A stretch of 63,384 nucleotides of DNA, counting the filler, from Asterionella formosa (taxonomy: Eukaryota), in the NCBI GenBank assembly GCA_002256025.1. It is 17 parts of 17 records of this genome, joined end to end, with 100 filler letters (N's around TTAATTAATTAA, not from the genome) between each part and the next. Parts side by side here need not be neighbours in the genome. Positions count along the whole stretch, not along the records: positions 1 to 21,105 come from NKIB01003096.1; positions 21,206 to 42,306 come from NKIB01003101.1; 15 more parts are not named here. One strand, written 5' to 3'. Below the pieces are notes generated by a model. It did no database searches. It had not been told where the DNA came from and saw only the letters and a list, made by a program, of their open reading frames with translations. The stretch's first letter is position 1; the number at the start of each line of letters is the position of its first letter. The translations under genes were made by a program, and so were the position numbers. This document shows positions 12,700 to 25,227 of this stretch, one piece after another.

Positions 12700-15330
12700 A
12701 AGGATGCCATTGACTAACCGATTGTGTAGATTGCAACACTTTTGTGCAAATATGGTAATGGACCTTTGTGTCTTGATGTCTGCTTTTCTTGTTGTTGCTG
12801 CTATTTTTGATTGTACCTTGCATATCCTTGTGGCTGCTCCTGGGTGTGTTGTTGTTGCTTGTTGTGTGGATTTGATTTGCCATTTTATTTTGGGAGAATT
12901 TGGTGAAACTGGTGTTTGTTGTGTCTTTTGTCTCTACTGGTATTGTTCCATGGATGATGTCACTGCTTTACTTTTCTCTTGCTCTGAGTCTGAATATGCC
13001 CAGAGAGTGTTGGTAGCCAACTATCATTTCTGTTGTTGTGTTGTTTTGAGGACCCTTGGCTTCTTCAGTGGGCCAATGTTTGACCTTAGAGTACTGTGTG
13101 CGTGAGATCTGGTTGAATATCCAGTAGCCCTGAAACTCTGGTTTTCTTTCCGGAGCTCTTGTGCCAGTACTGTTTGCCTTGCACTCTCAATCAGCGAATG
13201 CCTCACCTTCCCTTTACCTTTTGCATTCAGATTTTCAACTACATTTTCTGTCACAAATTGGCTACTATTAGAATCTGCTTTGGGCCAGTTGCCAATTTTG
13301 ACCAGTGTCATCGATGACTGTCTTGAATCTTCTCATGACTGTTCACTGTCTAAACATGTAAGGCTTTCTGAGGAGAATTCCATTTTGTCGGACAATATTC
13401 TGGTTTTGTTGTCATCTGAAGAGTCCCCCGGCCTGTAAAAATACCCTCACTGTATTTATTTGTAGTCTGGACTTGCTCTTTTTAGCTTTTTGCCTGTCTC
13501 ATCAAATGCCACTGTTCTGCTACCTCTCACCGCTCTTTATATGGTGGGCTTATCTTGTAACCCTCCATGGCATCACTGCCCATTGTAGTGTAGATTATTT
13601 GTTCTGGTTGAGTGTCTTGGTCACCCAAGGATGACAATGATGCATCGCCTTTTGCCATTGTGCTATTCTGAATTTGTTTATCTTTTCCTGTTCATACACT
13701 GAATCTTTATCTACAATTATACCCACTCTATCCAAGGCTTGTACAATTTTCTCCATGGTTTTAGTGAGCGATAATAATGTCACTGCATTTACACTGCCTT
13801 GTGATGGTGTCAAAACAGAGACATGTGAGGCTGTTTGACTTGGGGGATGTGTGGCTGTCACTGGGTACCCTATGAACTTGTTTATGTGTAAGTGGCTGGA
13901 GGTCTGGCCAGTTGTTCATCTGTCATTGCTATTTGTGAGTGCAGCCCATTCTGTAGAATCTCCAGTAGGCCATTTTGCACATCGGTTTCCATAGTTAGTT
14001 GTTCTGTTATGTCCATGGCTACTGTGACCTCCAAGGATGCAACAGGCTTCTTTCTTGGGTATCTTGTATCCTTCCCACTATTCCTTGGCAGTTGACTAGC
14101 TTTGTTTGTGCCCACCTTGTATTGTGTCTGCTGACCGGCAATAGAAGTTGGTATTGCTAACTTCTTGAATCTTGTGAGCAATGCATTTACCTGCTGCTTT
14201 TCGTCTATATTCCTTTCTCCCCCTACGGGAACCTGTTTCATAGAATATGTAGGTGGAGTGGTGCCATTGAATTCTCTTGCGCGTTTCAAAGTCAATGGTT
14301 TGTGTGCTGTTGGGAAGATGATTAATTTTTACTCTAGTCAATATGTAGTCTGTGTCACAAAGGAGACAGTTGCCTGTCAAATCGACTGCTACCATCACGA
14401 AGTGGCGAAATTTATTCATTTCTACCTGAAGTACTAGCAATGTCTCAATGGCCTGGAACCCTGCTATCATTTTTGTCCTGAGCATGGTTGTCAGCCACTT
14501 TTGTTGAATGTAATGTTGATTAAACCCTCCATGTCCTGTGTGGCAGCAAAGTTATGTGCATGATACCCAACAAATCGCACAGTGTAATCCGATCTGATGG
14601 GGAGCTGAGTATTTTTGTTATGGCCTCCTGATAGGTGGCTTGAGATGTGTCTGGACTAGGACTTATCACACATGCTAGGGTTTTTGTCTCAATCCCAAAT
14701 TGAGAATACTTAATGCCTGGGCTTCTGACCTGGAAAACCAGGATATCAGCAATGGACTGGCCCAGCAAAGAATCGAGCCACTTCATGGTCCCTTCCACTG
14801 ACACCGCAAAACTGCTTTTGCCAAATAGCCATCCGACTTGCACCTCGTCTAAACTTTGCTTGTGTATTCATCAACATACATTCATTGCTCCTGAAAATGT
14901 TTCAATACCTTTCTCTTGATCGTTTGGTAGGAAGTAAGTGACTTAACATGTAGATATGCATCTATCTACCACGTTCTCGTTGTTTTTTTCTCCACTGCTT
15001 TTAAGAACTGTTGCTGAGAAGCCTTGGGGAGATGGAGTACTTCGGAAGGTAACTTGCATCTGTTCCTTTCTCCAGTAGAAGGAGGCTAATCGAGCTATCT
15101 GTGTTGACCATTGGCTGCAGTAAAATCACCAGTTTTTCTATGAAAATCCCCGATTGCACCATGAAATCCGCCCTCAAACTTTTGCATTTCCACGCAATGA
15201 TCTTTATACCAACATTTCCCATACCCTGCAGTGTTTGTTTCCCTTGGTTTCTGGTGGAGACCTTTGGTGTTAGGAAATATGGACGTACAAGATACAGACG
15301 GTGAGTGGATCAAAGTGCAAGGAAAGCAAA
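12700..15330 (-). mobile_element. Degenerate ORF1-like region of a LINE-type element
   Basis: Chain of broken minus-strand ORFs (QVGWLFG motif); its 3' end (~12772-12845) is nearly identical to ~7333-7410, which precedes the LINE endonuclease. Confidence 0.5.
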
Positions 15331-15550
15331 AGAAAGAAGCCACGTCCACAGTGAAGGTTACGTGGACAGAAAAGTAGGTATTTATACATTGTTAACATGA
15401 AATCTGCTCATTCCTTACTAATTAATCGGGTTTACGTTGATAAAGCCTCCCCTGTAGACTGTCTTCTGTCCATTGTTGCCTTACAGACACAATAGAATAC
15501 AGTCCGAACTTGTGGATTCAGCATAATTAGTAAAGAAAGAGGCGAATACA

Positions 15551-18500
15551 ATGGGAGGCGGCAAGAATAAAGAGGCCGATGATGGTGATGTCACACCAAA
15601 AGACAAGAAGGAAAGTGTTGGTGGCAAGAAGCTACCATATCGATACGGAAACCAGAAGAATGCTGTTCCACGGCAGTCCAAGTTTGAAGGGAAGTGCAAC
15701 GAGCTGAAAGGTCATGTCTATAAAATAAAGGTCATGTCTATAATTGCTCAAATACAAGACAGGCAGACTTGTTTATCAAGACAACAAAGGAGGTGGCTGA
15801 GTTTGTGGGGCGGACCTACAAGTATGGCGGTGACATCCGATTGGCAGTAGAAAACCTTCAGATGCCAAACATCGCTGAGCCATATGATCCACCAGCAGGC
15901 GCATCCAGGACTCAGGAGCGCATTTGGTAAAAGCAGGTAGATGAATATGTTAAGCAAGCAACCTACATAAGCAAGAATATTAAGACCCTCTATTCACTAG
16001 TCTGGGGCCAATGCACAGACATTATGAGGCAAAAAATCAAGGCCTTGCACGATTTCGAGGAGATGTCGACCAATGGTGATGGTCTTGCATTGCTCAAAGC
16101 AATCAAAAACACTGCTTTCAACTTTCAAAGTCAAAAGTGCCTTCCACATTCACTGTATGAATCGACTCGGCGTCTCTACATGACTGTCCAAGGAAAGTAT
16201 ATGACAAACCAGGCTTATCTTGAACAGTTCCAAAACATGATCGATGTCATTGGAAATACAGGAGGAATGGTGGACCATCAACCAGGAATCGAAAGAGCCA
16301 TAATGAGGGAAAGGGGCATTGATCAAACAAATGACACAGCCATGCAACAAATGGAAATTGAGAAGGAGGCCCAGAAAGGCTATTTGGCTGTTGCCTTCAT
16401 GCTTGGTTCAGATAAGGCTAGGTTTGGTCGCCTGCTCGAGAACTTGGAGAATGACTATCTCCAAGGCCAAAATAATTACCCAACATCCATCACTGCAGCC
16501 TATAATCTGGTTACTAATTGGAAACAAGACCCCCGTAGTCTCATAAGTACAAGTGGACCAGTCAACGACGGAGTATCATTCACCAATGTAGACAGTGAAC
16601 ATGGAGAACAAGATATTGCACTCACAAACAATGGACACACTAAATCTGGACGAAATAAATTGTCACACATCACATGCCACAGATGTGGCAAACAAGGACA
16701 TTTTGCTGAAAAATGCGAAGAGAAGCGTCAAGAGCCACATTAGGACCATCAAACTGGCTCCATGCTTTTGATGGCAGGTATAGAGAACAGAGAGTTCAAT
16801 CATGAGGAGCACTTCAAATTCCTGCAGCACACTAAGGAAGTATCATTGAAGCTGGATGAGAGCGGAAAAATCCCAAAGAGCTGGATATTGTTAGACAACC
16901 AGTCTACTGTTGATGTCTTCTATAATGCAAATCTACTCAGGAATATCAGAAAAGGCAAAAAACCTATGGATATTCACTGCAACGCAGGTGTTACAAGCAC
17001 TAACTTGGCTGGTGACTTGCCAGGATACGGGACAGTGTGGTACCATCCAAATGGGATTACCAACATCTTTTCCTTGGCAAAAATGCAGGAATGTGGGTAC
17101 CACATTAAATATGATAGCAAGGATGGAAATGAATTCATCATTTACAAACCAGACCGAAGCATGAGAGTGTTTAGACAATCAGATCGCGGTCTAGACTTCG
17201 TGGACAGCAAGATGGCCAGCACTACAGAGGTCACATTGGTTAATACGGTAGACAATAACCGTTCTAACTACACCAACCGTGACTATTCTCATGCAGTATT
17301 ACCTCGTCAATTACAAAAGATCATAGGAAGGCCAAGTACTTGTACATTCACTAAAATTGTAGAAAACAATTTACTACCAAACTGCCCAGTGATGCAAATT
17401 GACATCATGATGGCAGTCCTGATGTGGGATCACTAAAAGGGAAAACCGCTCGATTGACATCCCAGCCAGCATAATGAATCACTATAAAAATGTCATCTTG
17501 GGAGGTGACATCATGTTTGTAAACAAAATACCTTTCTTTGTGACCATGTCCCTCCATGTCAAATTTGGGACAGCAGAAATGCTGCAAAGTCAACAAAGCA
17601 AGACAATACTAAGGGCAATGAAGCTAGTGAAAAGCGGCTATATGAAGAGGGGATTTAAGATCTCAACATAATTAATGGATGGACAATTTGAATCAATCAG
17701 AGGTGACCTGGCCGAAATGCAAATCAATCTCAATACTGTTTCCAATGATGAACACGTCCCAGAAGAGGAAAGATACATTCATACCATCAAAGTGCATGCA
17801 CGTTGTGTGTATAACACATTGCCGTTTCGGCGAATTCCAGCAAGGATGATAATTGAAATGGTCTATCACAGCGTGTTCTGGCTTAACAGTTTCCCAGCAG
17901 AAGATGTAATATCTCCCAAACTAAGCCCTTGTGCCATTGTGATTGGAACACTCATCGATTACAATAAGCGCTGCAAAACTGAGTTTGGCACATATGTGCA
18001 AGTGCATGAAGAGCATGAAAACTACATGGCCACCAGAACCACAGGGGCAATCGCACTACGACCAACAGGAAACGAGCAAGGCGGTCTGATGTTCACTGAT
18101 TGTGATGGTGCTTCTCTCACCAACCCTGAGGATGATGATAGTGATAATGAGTCCTATTACCCTGATGAAGATGCCAATTCCAGTATTGATGAATACAATG
18201 ATGACTATTATCTAACTTCCGATGCGGAGAACATCCCTGATGCTCCCATCGCAGGAGTGTATGATGAAGAACAAGAACACCTCACAGGAGTGTATGATGA
18301 AGAACAAGAATACCTCTCAGGATAAGAAATTGATGATAATGCCGAAATCGAGGAGGAAAATTTAGAAAACGAAATTTAGAATAACAACGAAATCGAGGAC
18401 GAAAATGTTGAAGAAAATATTAATGATGTGGCCAATGAAGAGGAGCAACAAAACATGTCACTAGACGAGGAAAAGGATGCAAAAATGGGACCCGAAGCAG

Positions 18501-19345
18501 TGGATATGAACTACAACCCAGACGACCATGGGACTATAGTCACATGCATACAACTCTTGAAAATACAGTGCTGACACAGCCAGCATAACATGAAGAAAGG
18601 ATTAAGCGCTTTGATGATGCAGGAATCGATGCAGTACTAAAGGAACTACAACAGCTAGTACATGACAGAAAGGTCCTAGAGCCAGTAAACGCCAAAGAGA
18701 AGATAAATGAAGAAAAAAAGGCGCTCTGCAATATTCAATGTTCCTAAAACAAAAAGGAATGGTGTCATAAAGGGACGGGGATGTGCTGATGGCCGAAAGC
18801 AGAGAGCATATACAGACAAGGAAAAGGCAAGTTCACCAACCGTGGCTATCGAATCAGTACTGCTATCCTGTGTAATCGATGCAATGGAAGGTCGCGATGT
18901 TGCCACAATTGACATATCCGGGGCATTCATGAAGGCAGACATTGAGGATGTTGTTCACATGAAGTTAGAAGGTAAGATGGCCAAACTCCTTGTGCGAATA
19001 GATCCCAAACTAAACCACAAACATGTGCAGATGCAAGGGGGTAAGCAGGTCTTATAGGTGGAACTAAAGAAAGCATTTTACGGAACTCTTAAGGCAGCGC
19101 TGTTATTTTGGAAGAAACTTACAACCAAATTGAAACAGTGGGGATATGAGGAGAATCCATACAATTGGTGTGTAATGAACAATACAATTGATGGGGCCCA
19201 ATGCACAATATTATGGCATGTGGATGATCTTAAGATATCTCATGTCAAGCCAAATGTGGTTACCAAGGTAATCAAGCAGTTGGAGGCGGAATTTGGCATT
19301 GAGGCACCCCTTACAAAGACATGTGGATAAGTTCATGAATACCTT
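15551..19345 (+). mobile_element. Ty1/copia (CoDi-like) gag-pol, pseudogenised and 3' truncated
   Basis: gag zinc knuckle CHRCGKQGHFAEKC; protease WILLDNQST; integrase DIMFVN...DGQF...HVPEEER; RT KGRGCADG, DISGAFM, LKKAFYG, WHVDDLK. Stops, frameshifts and internal deletions; breaks off inside RT. Confidence 0.95.
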
Positions 19346-19442
19346 GTCTGCAAATAAAAACTATCATATTTTCATGATGCATCATAAGATTGTGATCATC
19401 TGATCATATTTTTTCGTTATATCATCTAATAACTTTGATTAA

Positions 19443-20666
19443 AAGGTTCCTGCATTTGAACCCCTAGCTCGAGGTAGGGTTTAAAAAATAATATTAAGTC
19501 AGAGTAGTCAAACATTAACTTCTTGCGAGTAAAATGTAAATGTATATCGCTAAACGGAGCTTTCACCAATACACACCCTTTCCACATGCTAAAATACAGT
19601 CATTTATCAAAGTAGGGGTATAGGTCAACGCTATATATCGTCAGGATATAGGATCTGGCGAGAAGCTGCAGAAAGGAACACCGGTTTTTTAACTATGCTG
19701 AAAATAGTGGATTTTACCGGGCTAACTCGTTTATTTGGCCTAGTAAAAAAACCGAAGTTCCTTTCTGCAGTTTCTCGCCGAAAGTTAACTTCTGGGGCTA
19801 TATGAAGATCACCCATGTACTTAACTCTTCTTCAAACCCTGCCAACGTTGAGCTATCGTCGGCCAAAAATTCAACGATATCGGCCTTTTCAATGGTCACC
19901 AAAACGTTGGAATCAGAATCACAAATCGCCGAAACGTCATCATCGGAATGGTAGTCCTGTGCTAAAATTTGTAGTCGTAAAATCTCGTGTACAAAAAGTT
20001 CCAATGTAATTGGCCGCTGTATTAATCATATTCTGATTGGTTATCCTTACATCCGTTCGATTGGCACGGTTTGCGAGGTCTTGCAATCCAACGCCGGCCA
20101 CACTGGATACACATGAAGCAATTTTCTTGGGTGTTGGCCGATCCTACCCGTATACCGGTATCCGTACGGAGTAGGAATACTGAATACCGTGTAGCCCTAT
20201 CCGAAAACCATATCCGTACGGAGTAGGAATACCGAGTACCGGGTAGAGTAGGAATACCGAGTACCGGGTAGACCAAGCGGTACCAGGTAGCTGATCATCA
20301 TTGGTCATAGTACGAGGTACCAGGGTAGTGCACGCTTACCAGTACGTTACTACCGTTAGTATGCACATTCAAATATTTTTCGGAGCCGCCGGGTCGTGAA
20401 TGTGAAACATATTTGTTGATACGAGTAGGTGTTACTATTGGTAGAAAAGCAATATAAAACATTCAGCGATGGAGAATCTATTTATACATATTTAATGCAT
20501 TTGAAATGGAATCTATACACGTACGCGCAAATTTCCACTCATTTGAATATTTCAAACTGAATCATTGATATTCAAATTAGCACATAAAATTCTTAGTTCC
20601 AGGGAATTTCGGCAACCCCTAAGCAATATTTTAATGTTTGCCTAGGGGTTCAAATGCAGGAACCTT
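19443..20666. mobile_element. Non-autonomous DNA transposon with perfect 25-bp terminal inverted repeats
   Basis: AAGGTTCCTGCATTTGAACCCCTAG at 19443-19467 and its exact reverse complement at 20642-20666; no transposase-length ORF inside. Confidence 0.8.
20145..20275. repeat. Imperfect internal tandem repeats (GAGTAGGAATACCGAGTACCGGGTA-like units)
   Basis: TATCCGTACGGAGTAGGAATAC occurs twice and GAGTAGGAATACCGAGTACCGGGTAGA twice. Confidence 0.8.
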
Positions 20667-20996
20667 AAATCCTCCCTTTGTTGTTCATGTATAGTTGCAG
20701 CAAAACCTTCTGGCTGGGCTTATCATAAAGCAACAGCTCCAATAATTTCCCAGCTAGCAGCCCCTTCTATTTCAAAATTATTCCAAATTGAATGATGTAT
20801 ACATCTAAGCCGCGTATTACGTGAAGTGACCATCACGTAAATAAGCCTAGTTGATTTTGAATGCATCACATGAATTAGTTGAATACATCAAAATACGTAG
20901 TTGAACATGTCTATATATTATCTGAATACATCACGTTAAATATTTGATCAAAGTATCATGCATGCATTCCTGATCATCACTATATTATGTGATCAC

Positions 20997-21105
20997 CTTC
21001 ACATAATTATTTGAAATACTTCACATAATTATTTGAAATACTTCACATAATTATTTGAAATACTTCACATAATTATTTGAAATACTTCACATAATTATTT
21101 GAAAT
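20997..21105. repeat. 22-bp minisatellite (CTTCACATAATTATTTGAAATA)n, ~5 copies to the contig end
   Basis: Directly visible perfect tandem copies. Confidence 0.95.
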
Positions 21106-21205
21106 NNNNNNNNNNNNNNNNNNNNNNNNNNNNNNNNNNNNNNNNNNNNTTAATTAATTAANNNNNNNNNNNNNNNNNNNNNNNNNNNNNNNNNNNNNNN
21201 NNNNN
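21106..21205. other. Artificial contig spacer (44 N + TTAATTAATTAA + 44 N), first of 16
   Basis: The same spacer also starts at 42307, 43713, 45119, 46525, 47931, 49336, 50735, 52141, 53547, 54953, 56359, 57764, 59169, 60577 and 61981; the 12-mer has stops in all six frames. Confidence 0.99.
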
Positions 21206-21306
21206 ATAACCATAACCATAACCATAACCATAACCATAACCATAACCATAACCATAACCATAACCATAACCATAACCATAACCATAACCATAACCCTAAC
21301 CATAAC
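21206..21306 (+). repeat. (ATAACC)n hexamer array, ~16-17 copies, with one CCCTAA unit
   Basis: Directly visible at the contig start. Confidence 0.95.
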
Positions 21307-21679
21307 ATTGTCATGTGGAAGCTACACCTGGCTATGGGCTGTCATGGAACTTTGTCCCACACGAGACGTTAGCGACACCTTGATGATGATGCGAAGTGAT
21401 TCAAACGTCAATCATTCAAAAGACAATGATTCAAAAGACAATGATTCAAACGACAATGTAACAATGCACAACCTTGGAGCATTTTCAGAGCAAGGAATGA
21501 AATATTTCTTCCCGTCCCAAGCTTCGCCAATCCGTCGGAGCGACTTTTTTGCCAATATCAGTATCGAACATAAACCTGATGCAGCTTGGTTCAACTCTTT
21601 TCCTGACATCAACATTGCTGGCTACCCGAAAACAGGAACTTCTCTGTTGTATCGAATCCTCGCTGGCCAATCTAACTGA
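21206..21679 (+). pseudogene. Truncated sulfotransferase-like gene fragment
   Basis: Frame open from the contig edge (ITITIT...TLSCGSYTWLWAV) to PDINIAGYPKTGTSLLY, a 5'-PAPS-binding-loop-like motif, then TGA with no obvious donor site before it. Confidence 0.5.
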
Positions 21680-22191
21680 TTTTACTTAAAGAGGGTCCAG
21701 GAATATGGTGAGAATGCCTTCCATATATTAGATTATCATTTACAAGCTAATAAAAGGTATGATTGTCATTTTGAATCACTTCCATTCATGATTCACATGA
21801 AGCTGCTATATCCTGATTGATTTGTCTGTTGAAGTGATGCAGCTACTTCCTGATTCGCGATGTCTGTGCAATCGAAGTCAGCAGCATATGTGTTGTTAGC
21901 ATTTGGGGATAAGAGAAATTCCTCCTGAACTTTATGATTATTGCTTTTGATTTGTTCAAGACAAGACATTTCACTCCTTCTGGAAAAAACAGCATGATGT
22001 TGCTAATTTCTCATTCTGAACTTTAGAAAATTCTGTACATTTGGTATGTAGTGCTGATGTATTCTGAAAAATATTCTATTCTCGACAAAAATCATAGCTT
22101 TCCCATTAAATATGACTTATCATACAGACCCACATGGGAATTATATTGATTTATTAGTCAGATCATACATACTGTCATGCTTTCATGATTA

Positions 22192-22959
22192 TTATTTTCT
22201 CCATCCTCCCAGCATGGCTGAAACCATGAATCTCCATGTGATTAGTACTGTAAGGCTATCAAATATGTAATCTGCATCTGCCTTGGTAAGTCCTCCCAGA
22301 CTTGGAGTTCGCAAACAATCACATGCTGCATCCCCAGCGAGGGCCACTGCAACCATGAGTGCACATGACATGATCCATGTCTTGCCAGTGATCCACAACA
22401 TGCGTGCTGTGTTGCAATCTAATGTATTCTGAAAGCAAAAGGCTTGATTGATCCAGCCACTCAACAACCAACACGTTGACATGACGACACTGGCAAGTCC
22501 AGCGGTCGAGAGCGACGGAGAGTAGTTGATGTTTGCCACGCTCATAATAGTGAGCAAGTGCTCTGGCGTCATGGCAGAATTCAGCTGATCAAACCAAACT
22601 GGAAGATGGAATGCCGTAAAATCTCCCAGGGGGTCCAGCATAGTGGCTTGGTCCACCCCACCTGATTGAACCATAGTAAGGTACATGTCATTCATGGAGT
22701 GGTCCATGAAGGAGTAGATAAAGAGCGCGAGAATGTCTCCTGACATGATAAGCTGGTCTTCGGGTGGCGGAGGTAGGATGCTCTTTTTCTTTTGATCAGG
22801 TGGCGTCAGAGCAGATCCTGCCATTTTGAAGGCAGTTGCATCAGGAGCACGTTGGCGTATCTGATTGTGGTGGCATCGTGGCGCAAACGCCGCTGCTGCC
22901 GGGAATAGCGAGCCAATGTTCGCGCAGTGGCACAGCAGCAGCACGATCAGATGTTTCAT
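22192..22959 (-). CDS. Plastid-targeted multi-pass membrane protein (DUF3054-like)
   Basis: ATG at 22959 gives a signal peptide ending AAAF-AP (diatom bipartite plastid motif); hydrophobic segments beginning GDILALFIYSFMDH. Family assignment tentative. Confidence 0.75.
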   Translation of the reverse strand: MKHLIVLLLCHCANIGSLFPAAAAFAPRCHHNQIRQRAPDATAFKMAGSALTPPDQKKKSILPPPPEDQLIMSGDILALFIYSFMDHSMNDMYLTMVQSGGVDQATMLDPLGDFTAFHLPVWFDQLNSAMTPEHLLTIMSVANINYSPSLSTAGLASVVMSTCWLLSGWINQAFCFQNTLDCNTARMLWITGKTWIMSCALMVAVALAGDAACDCLRTPSLGGLTKADADYIFDSLTVLITWRFMVSAMLGGWRK

Positions 22960-23581
22960 AGTGTGAGGGAGAAACGCTGGCAACAGCAAAAGCGTATATT
23001 GAAACAGCAATGTGAATTCGCAGTCAACCCTCAAATCAATTGAATTTATTTTATTGAAATGGTTCGGTGTTGATTCTGCCGAGTACCGATATGTACCGGT
23101 ATTGTCATTGAGGAGAGGAGAATATCATGTTTGAGGATGCATACATAATATCTGTACCGGAATATTTAATAACATGGAGCAGATGCCTATAAAACTGCAA
23201 AAATCAATTATCTCATCATTACAGGGTGCGTACACATAAGACCGGTATTGAATGCGGATGATGTAGAGTGTGTGTGCATTCACAGAACATTTATAATTTG
23301 TATATTTTCGGTAGCCTGGTACCTGGTACCAGGGACGATGGTAGTACGATGGTGGCGTCATCGCTATAATTTCTGATGCCGTCACCAACATTCTTTTTGT
23401 CCGGGTTTCCTGCACACGCACTGCACTATCGGTACCAGCGCTTGGCGCGTGCCGCCATCTGCTATGTACTTGTGCATACGTAGAATGGGGATCAAGAGGA
23501 TACGTAATACCACCATGTGGCAACACCTGCATTGAGTCTTGAACGTCTACTGGTAAAGCTGGTAAAAACAAATAAAATACA

Positions 23582-24784
23582 CTACCAGGTAGTGTCCTTA
23601 TTCTTGACTAGGCTTGCATTGGGATGGTTGTCATAGGGATCGAAATATTCAACCACTTCTCCCTCACAATCCTCCTCCTCCTCGTCATCGTCATCGTCAT
23701 AATCATCTCCCTGTAGGTACCCTTCATTGCCTTCATCTTCTCCTGACTCCTTCTGTGACTGGTAATAACCGCTAAACTCAGCATCAATAGTAAACTGCAT
23801 TTCCTGCACTCCAATACCATCCTTTGAACTTGTTACATGCACCACCGGTCCTTGCGATCCACCATGACCATCTTGTGCATGCAATTGAGTATGATATCGC
23901 ATACAAACTTCGTTTGCATATTTGACAATCTGTGCTTTGGACACCCGATCTGCCTTGGTAATAACGACCGAATAATCAATGCCAGCGTCGTCCATCCAAC
24001 CCATTATATTCCGATCGATTTGAGTTGGTCCACGGCGTGCATCGATTAGTATGAACAACCGTCTCAGTGTCCCATGGTCCCGTCTGGCCAATAGAAAATC
24101 TTGCGTCTTGGCTTGCCACTCTTGCACAACAGCTTGGGGAGCTTCAGCATACCCATAACCTGGTAAGTCTACAAGAAATCCATGTGCGATTTGCGGATCC
24201 CAATCTTTTTCAAACAAACTGCGAGGAATCATGGGGAAATAATTCACCGTTTGTGTACGTCCTGGTGTTTTGGAACAATGTGCCAAGCCATGCCTCATAA
24301 TTGCGTTGACGAGACTTGACTTGCCAACATTGGATCTCCCTAGTAACGCGATTTCTGGAATGTGGTAGGTAGGGAGCTCTTGATTAGGAAATTTGGCAGG
24401 CGGGCAATACTCGAATTGTGAGTGTCGAAAGGATTCTGGGATTTCCTGCTCATTGAAGAGACTGCTGGGCTCAACGTTGAATTCCTCACATGCGCTAATT
24501 GCCACGTAGGCATTGGGCGAGGATGTCGATGTCACATACAGAGGAGGAGCTTCTCGGGGCGGCGGTGGTGGAATGGGAAGAGAAACGCGAACAGGCGCAT
24601 GAAGCGCTTGGCGTTTCTTGATTCTTGCTCGATCGTGCTGTAGCTTCCTGATCTTCTTGGAAGCAAAGCGTCGAGAGAATCCTGCTTGAGAAGCGCTTTG
24701 GAGGCAACCACAAAGCTGACTAGTTGCGACGCGTGAAAAGTTGACAGACCAAAGGCTTCGTTGCGTCAAGGAAGAAAGCATCAT
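23582..24784 (-). CDS. engB: EngB/YihA/YsxC ribosome-biogenesis GTPase, probably mitochondrial
   Basis: G1 GRSNVGKS, G2 SKTPGRT, G3 DLPGYGYA, G4 TKAD; Arg/Ser-rich presequence; acidic tail. Confidence 0.93.
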   Translation of the reverse strand: MMLSSLTQRSLWSVNFSRVATSQLCGCLQSASQAGFSRRFASKKIRKLQHDRARIKKRQALHAPVRVSLPIPPPPPREAPPLYVTSTSSPNAYVAISACEEFNVEPSSLFNEQEIPESFRHSQFEYCPPAKFPNQELPTYHIPEIALLGRSNVGKSSLVNAIMRHGLAHCSKTPGRTQTVNYFPMIPRSLFEKDWDPQIAHGFLVDLPGYGYAEAPQAVVQEWQAKTQDFLLARRDHGTLRRLFILIDARRGPTQIDRNIMGWMDDAGIDYSVVITKADRVSKAQIVKYANEVCMRYHTQLHAQDGHGGSQGPVVHVTSSKDGIGVQEMQFTIDAEFSGYYQSQKESGEDEGNEGYLQGDDYDDDDDEEEEDCEGEVVEYFDPYDNHPNASLVKNKDTTW

Positions 24785-25227
24785 GCATATGTAGGGTCTG
24801 ATTTCTATTTTGTGTGGTGTACATTTCGCATGGGTGGTATTCTAAATCATTTATTTCTTCACGTCCATAGATCCGGTTGTCGAGAAAAATTTAGCTATTT
24901 TCTTAATAGTGCAAATTGTCTTGTACCCATCGAATTGTTCGTTCGTCGTTGCTGCACGACAATGGCTTTGGAGGGAATTTCCATTTTCTAACCTGAATGC
25001 ATGGCCGATGATGATGAATGGAAGGTTCATCCCTCTGATTACCGGTATACGGTACTCATCACCAAAACAAATACCGGTCCTATTTTCCCTACGTATATTA
25101 TATCTTATAGACCCCTTTTTTCTTTTAGATTTACACATTATAATAAAACTTCTGCCAAAATAATATATGACATTTTGGAATGGGAATAATGCTGTCAAAT
25201 CATGGTAATTGAATTCCTATATCATCC

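Noticed and set aside
20997..21105. Regular 22-bp repeats as a CRISPR array
   Set aside because: Units are contiguous with no spacers, and there are no cas genes.
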